From contig CAZFJP010000002.1 of NCBI GenBank assembly GCA_964518965.1, forward strand, positions 7,795 through 71,794: DNA of 64,000 nt, given 5' to 3'. Source of the DNA: an uncultured Candidatus Saccharibacteria bacterium (GTDB lineage Bacteria; Patescibacteriota; SOKK01). This document shows, piece after piece, positions 1 to 7,751 of the stretch (positions within the stretch are counted from its first letter, which is position 1; each line of letters starts with the position of its first letter). Under the pieces are notes generated by a model. That model was not told where the DNA came from. It did not search any database and saw only the letters and a program-made list of their open reading frames with translations. The position numbers and the translations under genes were made by a program.

Positions 1-574
1 TCAGCAAATCAATTCCTCTCTCGCCGAAACGAGCAATCTTACCAACATCAATAGGTCTTTCGCCAATGGGACTAAAGTCAAACTTAAAATCGCCAGCATG
101 TATTACTGTACCGCTTTCCGTCTGAATCAAAATCCCTATTCCTTGCGGAATATTATGATTAACTCGGAAAAATTCCAAGCGAAACTCACCTAATCTAATC
201 CTGCTCTCCTCAGTAATTATTTTAATGTTCAAAGGTTTTGCACCCCGGTATTCCTCATGACGTTTTTGGATAATTGCAGCAGTCAAGGGGGTACAATAAA
301 TCGGTGGGTTTTTAAGCCGCGGAGAAAGATGCGAGATTGCACCAATGTGATCGTAATGCCCATGAGTAATGACAACCCCCTTAACCCGATCCTCCTTACC
401 ACGCAAACATTCTATATTAGGAATAATATAGTCAATCCCTGGCATATCCTCTTCAGGAAATTGCAAACCCATATCCACAATTAAAATATCCCCACGATAT
501 TCAAAGACAGTCATATTGCGGCCAATTTCTTCTAGACCACCCAAAGGAACAATTTGCAATTTGTAGTTAGTCAT
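1..574 (-). CDS. rnj: Ribonuclease J, N-terminal part (runs off window start)
   Basis: Manual translation from ATG at 574: MTNYKLQIVPLGGLEEIGRNMTVFEY...DMGLQFPEEDMPGIDYIIP...THGHYDHIGAI; MBL-fold RNase J motifs. Absent from the ORF track because it is truncated. Confidence 0.95.
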   Translation of the reverse strand, partial: MTNYKLQIVPLGGLEEIGRNMTVFEYRGDILIVDMGLQFPEEDMPGIDYIIPNIECLRGKEDRVKGVVITHGHYDHIGAISHLSPRLKNPPIYCTPLTAAIIQKRHEEYRGAKPLNIKIITEESRIRLGEFRLEFFRVNHNIPQGIGILIQTESGTVIHAGDFKFDFSPIGERPIDVGKIARFGERGIDLL

Positions 575-583
575 ATCAATAAA

Positions 584-1192
584 TTAAAATAAAGTCTGTT
601 CGGGATCAGTTTCCTCAATGGAGCCTTCCTCTGATTTTAAAGCAGTAATCTTTTTTAAAACTTGAGGGATTTTTTGGAAATCCTTCTCAATAATTGGCCT
701 GTTGCTGCTATTATAAAGCCCCGCCGCAGGATGATACATCGGAAAATAAACTTGCCCGCGATAGCGTTTTGGTTGTCCATGAACTTCGGAAATAGAAAGT
801 TTCGGCAAAAACCGGTTCATTGCATGTCTCCCCAAAAGAACAATTAATTTAGGTCTGATCAAAGCTACTTGTTTATCAAGCCAAGAAGCACATGCTTCTA
901 CTTCCTCTGGCAAAGGATCACGATTCCCAGGTGGACGACATTTAATAATATTAGCAATGTAAACGTCCTCACGTTTGAGATTTATCAAAGCCAAAAGTTC
1001 GTCTAAAAATTTTCCCGCAGCACCAACAAAAGGTCTTCCCTGTTGGTCTTCATGGTAACCTGGCCCCTCACCAATAAACATAATTTCCGCAGAAGAATTT
1101 CCCTCGCCAGGAACAACATTAGTGCGACATTTAGAAAGAAGACACTTGGTACACTTAGTTATTTCTTGATTAAGTTTTGCTAACTCACTCAT
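584..1192 (-). CDS. Uracil-DNA glycosylase, family 4 (Fe-S)
   Basis: CxxC N-terminus, GEGPG, GRPFVGAAG, KCRPPGNRDP and HPAA motifs. Confidence 0.93.
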   Translation of the reverse strand: MSELAKLNQEITKCTKCLLSKCRTNVVPGEGNSSAEIMFIGEGPGYHEDQQGRPFVGAAGKFLDELLALINLKREDVYIANIIKCRPPGNRDPLPEEVEACASWLDKQVALIRPKLIVLLGRHAMNRFLPKLSISEVHGQPKRYRGQVYFPMYHPAAGLYNSSNRPIIEKDFQKIPQVLKKITALKSEEGSIEETDPEQTLF

Positions 1193-1200
1193 AAATCTAA

Positions 1201-3384
1201 TTAGCGGTGAGTTCCCCGTTTTCTCCTCCGGCTAAACTTACCTTTTGGTTTATGAAAAGAAATCCCACTATGAGTGATTTGTTTTGTTCCTTTTCCTAAA
1301 ACTCGTTTAGATAAACGAATTTTTCCTTCATTATCCACACCAATAATCATTACTTTGAGAGTGTCGCCCACTTTGACAATATCCTCAACCTTATTAACGC
1401 GGTAGGGAGCAAGCTCTGAAATATGAAGTAAGCCTTCCTTACCGGGAAGAATTTCCACAAAAGCACCGAATTCACGAATTTCAGTTACTTTGCCATCAAA
1501 GACTTCTCCAACTGTAACATCACGGGTAAGATTCTTAACCCAATCTACTGCTTTTTTACATGCTTCTGGATCAACCGCAGTGATTGTTACCAATCCTCCA
1601 TCGTCAATATCAATCTCCGCACCAGTTTCGTCAATAATTTTATTAATCATTTCGCCACCTCTCCCAATAACATCCTTGATTTGTTCTTTTTTAATCTGAA
1701 TGGAAATCACCCGCGGTGCATAGGGAGAAAGTTCTTTGCGCGGTGCGGGAATCGCTTGCAAAATCTTTTCCATAATTACTGCACGATCAGTTTTAGCACG
1801 ACTTAGAATTTCTTCAACTAGCTTCAAAGAAATTCCTTCAACCTTGAAATCTGCTTGAATAGCAGTAATACCATCTTTGGTTCCTGCTATCTTGAAATCC
1901 ATATCACCAGCGGCATCTTCAATCCCCTGAATATCGGAAAGAATTTGATAGTTACCTTTATCGTCAGTGATTAATCCCATCGCAATACCAGCAACTGGTT
2001 TAATTTGAACTCCTGCATCCATTAGCGACAAGGTAGTGGCACAAACAGAAGCCATAGAACTGGAACCATTAGAAGAAAGTACCTCTGAGACAACCCGAAT
2101 AGTATAAGGAAACTTTTCCTTTGGTGGAATTAGCGATTCAAACGCACGTTCTACTAAATCGCCATGACCAATATCGCGACGACTTGGTCCACGTAATGGT
2201 GCTACTTCTCCCGTACTAAATGGTGGAAAATTATAATGATGCATGAAACGTTTCTTTTCATCAATGTCCATATCATCAATAATTTGCTCGTCAGCAACGG
2301 AACCTAAAGTAGTTACCGACAAAACTTGCGTCTCGCCACGAGTGAATAAACCTGAACCATGAGTACGAGGAAGTAATCCTGCTTCGCAAGTAATCGGCCT
2401 AATTTCATTAATCTTGCGACCATCAGGACGAATTTTTTTCTCTAAAATGCGCTTACGTGCTTTCTCCGCTAAAAAATCATTAACAATATCTCTTAAAATT
2501 GCCTTGGTTGTCTCCCCTTTTTCAATCGCTTCCTTATAATTTTCCCATGTTTCTTCTTCAAGCTCATCTATTCTCTTATGACGAAAATCACGATCATTAG
2601 AAGCAACAATTTCATCAATACCCTTTTCCACTTTACTTTTTACTTCTTGCACTAGCTTATCGTCGGGCTTAGCATAAACTAATTTATCAGGATCAATTTT
2701 TTTTGCCAAAGGTCGCAGTTTCTCTTGTAACTCAATAATTGGCTGTAATGCTTTGTGACCAAACTCAATTGCTTCCATTATCTTTTCCTCTGGTAATTCT
2801 TTTGCCGCGGCTTCCACCATTAGCACCTTGTCTTTAGTACCCGCAACTGTCAGATCTAATTTCCCCTCTTTAATCTGCTCATAAGTAGGATTAAGAATAA
2901 ACTTATCTTTCTGGCAACCGATTCTAACTGCTCCAACTGGGCCATTAAATGGCACTCCAGACAAAATTAAAGCGGCAGAAGCAGCATTAATCGCAAAAGT
3001 AGCTGGATCATTTTCTAAATCCGCCGAGAAAACGGTCAAAATAACCTGGATATCATTTCTTAAATATTTATTAAAAAGCGGACGTAGTGGACGATCCACT
3101 AAACGCCCGGTTAAAATCGCTTTCTCGGTTGGTTTCCCTTCACGTTTGATAAAGCGACTGCCTTTGATTTTTCCTGCGGCATACATCTTCTCTTCGTAAT
3201 CAACCACAAACGGGAAATAATCAATACCCTCTCTGACATTTTTAGAAATCACAGCAGTAGCAAGAATAACAGTATCTCCATATCTAGCAGTTACTTCTCC
3301 ACTTGCCTGCTCGGCAAATTTGCCGGTTTCCAAAATCAACTTTTTTCCACCAACTTCAGTCACTAATTTTTTGACACTCATCAT
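1201..3384 (-). CDS. pnp: Polyribonucleotide nucleotidyltransferase (PNPase)
   Basis: Two RNase PH domains, RTHGSGLFTRGETQ, KH and S1 domains; start moved to ATG-ATG at 3384 behind AGAAAGGA. Confidence 0.97.
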   Translation of the reverse strand: MMSVKKLVTEVGGKKLILETGKFAEQASGEVTARYGDTVILATAVISKNVREGIDYFPFVVDYEEKMYAAGKIKGSRFIKREGKPTEKAILTGRLVDRPLRPLFNKYLRNDIQVILTVFSADLENDPATFAINAASAALILSGVPFNGPVGAVRIGCQKDKFILNPTYEQIKEGKLDLTVAGTKDKVLMVEAAAKELPEEKIMEAIEFGHKALQPIIELQEKLRPLAKKIDPDKLVYAKPDDKLVQEVKSKVEKGIDEIVASNDRDFRHKRIDELEEETWENYKEAIEKGETTKAILRDIVNDFLAEKARKRILEKKIRPDGRKINEIRPITCEAGLLPRTHGSGLFTRGETQVLSVTTLGSVADEQIIDDMDIDEKKRFMHHYNFPPFSTGEVAPLRGPSRRDIGHGDLVERAFESLIPPKEKFPYTIRVVSEVLSSNGSSSMASVCATTLSLMDAGVQIKPVAGIAMGLITDDKGNYQILSDIQGIEDAAGDMDFKIAGTKDGITAIQADFKVEGISLKLVEEILSRAKTDRAVIMEKILQAIPAPRKELSPYAPRVISIQIKKEQIKDVIGRGGEMINKIIDETGAEIDIDDGGLVTITAVDPEACKKAVDWVKNLTRDVTVGEVFDGKVTEIREFGAFVEILPGKEGLLHISELAPYRVNKVEDIVKVGDTLKVMIIGVDNEGKIRLSKRVLGKGTKQITHSGISFHKPKGKFSRRRKRGTHR

Positions 3385-3401
3385 TAAAAATCCTTTCTTA
3401 C

Positions 3402-3533
3402 CTGTGCTCCGCAGACTATTGATTACAGCCAAAACTCAGCCAAAACTCTGAATTAAGTTTCAGTGTTTGTGGCAAAGGTCCCGCCAATATTAAGTGGGAA
3501 CAACACTGTAACCGCTAAGTCCGCGGACCACAG
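3402..3533 (-). promoter_or_regulatory. Long stem-loop in the pnp 5' leader (candidate RNase III processing stem)
   Basis: On the minus strand CTGTGGTCCGCGGACT pairs with AGTCTGCGGAGCACAG and GGTTACAG with CTGTAATC; lies between rpsO and pnp. Confidence 0.6.
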
Positions 3534-3561
3534 ATTAATTAATAAATGAATTAAATGTCTA

Positions 3562-3657
3562 AGGGCAGAGGTCAGAGAGTAAAGGTCAGAGTTATTAGAT
3601 CTAGCAACTCTGCCCTCTGACCTCCCTGCCTGCTGACAGGCAGGTACCCTGTGCCCT
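3562..3657. repeat. Inverted heptamer-array hairpin (AGGGCAG family) with a 20-bp palindrome inserted
   Basis: agggcag aggtcag agagtaa aggtcag / agttattagatctagcaact / ctgccct ctgacct c[cctgcctgctgacaggcagg]taccct gtgccct. Confidence 0.85.
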
Positions 3658-3923
3658 TATTTGCGAATCTTCAATTTCTTAATAATGGTTTCATAACGCT
3701 TCTTATCTTCATCGGCAAGATAATCCAAAAGTTTGCGGCGTTTATTAACCATTTCCAGTAAACCCAAGCGAGAATGATAATCCTTACGATGTTTCCTTAA
3801 ATGATCACTTAATTGCTTCATCTGTTCAGTTAAAAGCGCAATCTGAACTTCCGGCGAACCACTATCTTTACTCTTTAAGTGATACTTACCAATAATTGCT
3901 TCTTTTTCTGCTTTAGTAAGCAT
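3657..3923 (-). CDS. rpsO: 30S ribosomal protein S15
   Basis: [13 protein letters not shown]...[10 protein letters not shown]...RRKLLDYL. Confidence 0.98.
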   Translation of the reverse strand: MLTKAEKEAIIGKYHLKSKDSGSPEVQIALLTEQMKQLSDHLRKHRKDYHSRLGLLEMVNKRRKLLDYLADEDKKRYETIIKKLKIRK

Positions 3924-4078
3924 TGCTTTTTAATCCTTTCTTAGCTTATTTCTAAGAAAAAACAGGTTTCCCTGTACTCAAATTGTAACATAGAAATAAG
4001 AATCAAGCAACTTTATCCCCAAACTATAAATTGACCGCCAAAAAACTTCGTGGTATAATAAAAGCGCCAAAAACAAAA

Positions 4079-4801
4079 ATGACATTGAAGGAAAAGGCAA
4101 AAGTTATCGGGGGAGTCCGAATAACCTGTTTTGTTGTTGTTTTTTTAGTTTGTCTTGTTTCTTTTCTAACACCAAATAAGACTATCGCTGCTACTGCCGG
4201 ACCAGTCCAGCATGGCATAGAATTTGATCTCCACGCACCCAATTTCAACAACTCTACCCTAGATGCCTCTCCTCGTCGCGCTCGAGTAGATACCGTCATC
4301 ACTTACACAATGATCGTCCGAAACAGTGGCAACGTTTCAGCCACTGGTACCCGTGCCATTTGTCCTATTCCTGAACATACCTCTTATGTCACTGGAAGTA
4401 TTACTGGTATCGGAAAAGACGACTCTAATCCTAATGTGATGGCATGGAATATTGGGACACTTGCCGCGGGAAATTCAATAACTCTTACTTTTAAAGCTCT
4501 CATTGATAAAGACACCCCCGATGGCACTACTATCTATGCTCAAGGAACAATCTTTTGTAATGAACTCTATCCTACTTTAACTAGTGACCCGGATAATCCT
4601 ATTCCTTTCTCCAAAACTACTGTTCTTGTTTACCACGCTGGTGGTCCCGCTGGACCAACTGAAACTGGTGTCAGTATTTTACAAGCACTCTTAATTATCT
4701 TTGCTTCTATCGGTATCGCCCGTTATTTCTCAAAACGTCGTCAACCTAGATTAAAACCCACTCGGAAATCTATGCCAGCTGTAAATTATTACTCGAATTA
4801 A
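4079..4801 (+). CDS. Secreted/anchored DUF11-like Ig-fold surface protein
   Basis: Signal/TM N-terminus; ITYTMIVRNSGNVSATG...WNIGTLAAGNSITLTFKA (DUF11-like); C-terminal PTETG + TM + basic tail; promoter TTGACC-17-TATAAT at 4031-4059. Confidence 0.7.
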   Translation: MTLKEKAKVIGGVRITCFVVVFLVCLVSFLTPNKTIAATAGPVQHGIEFDLHAPNFNNSTLDASPRRARVDTVITYTMIVRNSGNVSATGTRAICPIPEHTSYVTGSITGIGKDDSNPNVMAWNIGTLAAGNSITLTFKALIDKDTPDGTTIYAQGTIFCNELYPTLTSDPDNPIPFSKTTVLVYHAGGPAGPTETGVSILQALLIIFASIGIARYFSKRRQPRLKPTRKSMPAVNYYSN

Positions 4802-4818
4802 AATAATTTAGTTTAATT

Positions 4819-4847
4819 AAAAACACCCGGATGATCAGGGTGTTTTT
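4819..4847. terminator. Bidirectional intrinsic terminator
   Basis: AAAAACACCC-ggatgatca-GGGTGTTTTT. Confidence 0.75.
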
Positions 4848-4914
4848 GAAATTTTGACAAAAGAAAAAGCAGTTTTCTTCTTATTGACAGGTACTGCCAA
4901 CCTGCTTCAAGTCA

Positions 4915-5271
4915 TCAAATATTCAGAGATAAACCAAGGTACTCGAGAACTCTCGGCTTGATAATAATTTTCTTCTCAAAGTTTTTTCAATGTATCCCAC
5001 AAGAACCATAGCGAACCCGAACTTCTCCTGCTTTGTATTCAGCTAAAACTTCTTTTTCGGTTAATTTTCCTTCTAAACTCCAACCAATAATTTCTTGAGA
5101 GAGAATTTTCTCTAACTCTCTGGCTTTTTGAATAATGGTCAGAAGATCTTCTTTGGTTTGATCTGATTAAGCTTTCAATCCTTCAATTTCCTTTGCTGAT
5201 TTTAAATCTTCTTCCTCTTTTCGTTGCTCGGAAGAAATTTCCTCTGGTTGTTCTCCCTTAAATTGTTCCAT
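4915..5271 (-). pseudogene. Decayed hypothetical gene
   Basis: MEQFKGEQPEEISSEQRKEEEDLKSAKEIEGLKA*SDQTKEDLL...SCGIH*KNFEKK; one frame with in-frame TAA and TGA. Confidence 0.5.
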
Positions 5272-5703
5272 TATGTAATGTTTCCTAAGAAAGATTTATG
5301 ATGCATTTGAAACAGTTTAGCTCCACCTTTGCATAAAAGTTCCTTTTTGAGACATTTCCCAATAATTTCCTTTCTTTCACTGCAATCAGCTCTCCTTAAA
5401 TGTTTCATCTGATCTTCACATTAGATGCTTTACTTTCTTCACCACTTTACCCTAGAACAAGATCCTAAAGGTAACTCTAATTACTATAATAATTATATAA
5501 CAAAAATTACGTTTTAGAATACGACCATTTAAACCAAGACAGATTTCCCTTTTTCTATGCCAGCTAAGATATTTCAGAAGTCCTCGATTTAGACTAGTCA
5601 AAGCTGGGTTTAGATTTCTTTGAAGGTAAAATTCTTCAGCAACTGTCCTGTGAAATCTCTCAATAATACTGTTACCCTATGTCTTTCTAAGTTCGGCTAT
5701 ATC

Positions 5704-5779
5704 TGGTGGGTCGTACAGGACTTGAACCTGTAACCAATTGCTTAAGAGGCAACTGCTCTACCAATTGAGCTAACGACCC
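5704..5779 (-). tRNA. tRNA-Lys(CTT)
   Basis: GGGTCGTTAGCTCAATTGGTAGAGCAGTTGC-CTCTTAA-GCAATTGGTTACAGGTTCAAGTCCTGTACGACCCACCA. Confidence 0.97.
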
Positions 5780-5837
5780 AAAAATTAAAAAGTCAATAAC
5801 ATTCAGTATAGCACTATATCTCTACGCAGTAAACTAA

Positions 5838-5902
5838 AACTAACTGCTTAAAAGACAACTGCTTTCTACCCTGCTGGTAGACACGGATTACCAATCAAGC
5901 TA
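5838..5902 (-). pseudogene. Degenerate 5'-half copy of tRNA-Lys with a palindrome-like insertion in the D arm
   Basis: aactgcttaaaagacaactgctt[tctaccctgctggtagacacggat]taccaatcaagcta aligns to aattgcttaagaggcaactgctc|taccaattgagcta of the adjacent tRNA. Confidence 0.65.
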
Positions 5903-5915
5903 TGAGAAAAAATTC

Positions 5916-5990
5916 AGAATGTAGAAACTAGATCTTGTAGCATCTATTTTTTACACTCTCCATTCTAACTTCTACATTCTTCTACATTAT
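5916..5990. repeat. Inverted heptamer-array hairpin (GAATGTA/TTCTACA family), copy 1
   Basis: agaatgt agaaact agatcttgtagcatctatttt ttacact ctccatt ctaactt ctacatt cttctacatt; spacer shared with 7013-7080. Confidence 0.7.
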
Positions 5991-5995
5991 TTTCA

Positions 5996-6072
5996 TGGTA
6001 CCCCTGGCAGGAGTTGAACCTGCGACCAACAGTTTAGAAAACTGCTGCTCTATCCGACTGAGCTACAGGGGC
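5996..6072 (-). tRNA. tRNA-Arg(TCT)
   Basis: GCCCCTGTAGCTCAGTCGGATAGAGCAGCAGT-TTTCTAA-ACTGTTGGTCGCAGGTTCAACTCCTGCCAGGGGTACCA. Confidence 0.97.
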
Positions 6073-6327
6073 ATGAAGAATTTAGAAAAACACTTTGAGA
6101 ATAAATAGACTAATACTCTCTGCAAAAAGAATTTATCTCACAGAGCGGGACTCCGCTACGCGGGGGAATGTAAAATGAAGAATGTAGAAAAACAGAAAAC
6201 TCCTAAGCAAAAAGCTTAGAAAATTGATTTCTCAATAATCAGAAAATTATCAAAAATTATTTTTTCTCTTCCCCGCCGCAACCGCAATCTTTGCACATAT
6301 TTGAACTCCTTTCTTAACAAATTCTTG

Positions 6328-6775
6328 CTAGTGATTTACGTAATCCAAAACGAAATATTTCTTCCCCTTCTTAACTATTTTATGCTCTTCCTTTTCTAAC
6401 AATTTCTTTTGCAAAATTATCTTACCAGGATATTTCTCATTGAGAAACCTTTTATCTTTGAGTGTACGCTACCAAGGAGTAATTCGCTTCTTACCTGCTT
6501 TCTCTCCTTCAACAACATTTCAAACAGAAATCCAGGCAAAAATTCCCGAGGTAATCGGACAACTAATTGTTGCTTTGTGCTTCTTTGCTAAAACTTTCCG
6601 GATTTCATTAATCGTAATCAACTTTCCCTTTGGCACTTTTGCATAATTGCATCTACTTCTCGCAACATTGGAATTACCACTGCCCCTACCTCTCAACTTC
6701 TTAACATCTTACCAATAATTTTCTCTACTTCGGTAACTCCTGATCATTATTTAATCTTTCCTGCCAAGTTTTTAC
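6328..6775 (-). pseudogene. Fragmented MGMT/ATL-like (alkyltransferase-like DNA-binding) gene
   Basis: Stitched frames give EVDAIM/KVPKGKLITINEIRKVLAKKHKATISCPITSGIFAWI...ITPW*RTLK..G.LNEKYPG...Q.KLLEKEEH; several stops and frameshifts. Confidence 0.7.
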
Positions 6776-6912
6776 TACCTTAAATAATTAAACTACCTTT
6801 ATTAACTTTATTAAGTTACAATGTAACGTTCCTACAGATAAATAAAAATAAATGATTGTTACATCCGGACTTACTTTTAATTTTTAAATTTTAATTTTTA
6901 ATTTGCTTCAGA

Positions 6913-6990
6913 TGGGGTGACTGGTGGGATTCGAACCCACGACCTCTAGAGCCACAATCTAGTGCTCTAGCCAACTGAGCTACAGTCACC
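6913..6990 (-). tRNA. tRNA-His(GTG) with encoded G-1
   Basis: GGTGACTGTAGCTCAGTTGGCTAGAGCACTAGA-TTGTGGC-TCTAGAGGTCGTGGGTTCGAATCCCACCAGTCACCCCA. Confidence 0.97.
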
Positions 6991-6996
6991 GTGCAA

Positions 6997-7080
6997 AGAA
7001 CATAGAAGTTAAAATGTAGAATTTAGAAACTAAGTCCTGTAGCATTTATTTTCTACATTCTACATTCTGAATTCTAAATT
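6997..7080. repeat. Inverted heptamer-array hairpin (GAATGTA/TTCTACA family), copy 2
   Basis: agaacat agaagtt aaaatgt agaattt agaaact aagtcctgtagcatttatt ttctaca ttctaca ttctgaa ttctaaa. Confidence 0.75.
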
Positions 7081-7085
7081 GTTAT

Positions 7086-7152
7086 TGGTACCCCCGGCAA
7101 GAATCGCCACGTCATGAAGACGTGGCATCCCGCCTTTACAGCGGGACGAACC
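7086..7152 (-). pseudogene. tRNA 3'-end remnant (Arg-like) with two palindromes inserted in the T loop
   Basis: tggtacccccggcaagaatcg[ccacgtcatgaagacgtggc atcccgcctttacagcggga cg]aacc versus tggtacccctggcaggagttgaacc of tRNA-Arg(TCT). Confidence 0.7.
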
Positions 7153-7159
7153 ACATTTA

Positions 7160-7234
7160 TGGTGCCCTTGTCAGGATTCGAACCCGAAATACGAGGTCCG
7201 AAGCCTCGCGTGATATCCATTTCACTACAAGGGC
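7160..7234 (-). tRNA. tRNA-Arg(TCG)
   Basis: GCCCTTGTAGTGAAATGGATATCACGCGAGG-CTTCGGA-CCTCGTATTTCGGGTTCGAATCCTGACAAGGGCACCA. Confidence 0.95.
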
Positions 7235-7332
7235 AAAATCACCTTCATTTTAGCAGATATTATCACCAAAATAAAATAACAGCCACCCCAAAAGGAAGCT
7301 GTTATTTTCTTCTCTTAAAGATCAAAATTCAA

Positions 7333-7683
7333 TTAGAATTTGAGCTTTTCGGCAATGTTAGCAACACCGGGAATTCTCCAGTATTTTCCCATCAACGCTT
7401 GAATCAAAGCTACCAACGCGATTGCGTAAACGACAATAGCGAGAATCCAACCTATGAAGGGAATCCAGAATACTACCCAGCCAACTACTTCAATAATGAA
7501 AAGAACTAATGCCTGCTTGGCATGAGCTTGAGCAAAAGGGCTTTCCTTTTTTGCCAAAAGCGGAACCAAGAAAAGAATCCCCAAGTACCCAATTGCCGCA
7601 AAGACCTTGTTCTCCTCAACGTCTTTTTGATCAAAGGTCAACGTTGCTTTCATTTCTTCTGCCATAATACTACCTCCTTTCAA
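7333..7683 (-). CDS. DUF4870-like small membrane protein (probable start at MAEEM)
   Basis: DVEENKVFAAIGYLGILFLVPLL..KESPFAQAHAKQAL...G..WRIP pattern; AAAGGAGG SD precedes the second Met. Confidence 0.8.
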   Translation of the reverse strand: MKGGSIMAEEMKATLTFDQKDVEENKVFAAIGYLGILFLVPLLAKKESPFAQAHAKQALVLFIIEVVGWVVFWIPFIGWILAIVVYAIALVALIQALMGKYWRIPGVANIAEKLKF

Positions 7684-7751
7684 AGGTAAACTTAACGGTT
7701 ATAAATTAGCGATTAAAAAATTCCCCCTAAACTAAGTTAAGTATAACTTAA

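Noticed and set aside
7114-7509. 131-aa plus-strand ORF
   Set aside because: Antisense to tRNA-Arg(TCG) and the DUF4870-like gene; a shadow ORF.
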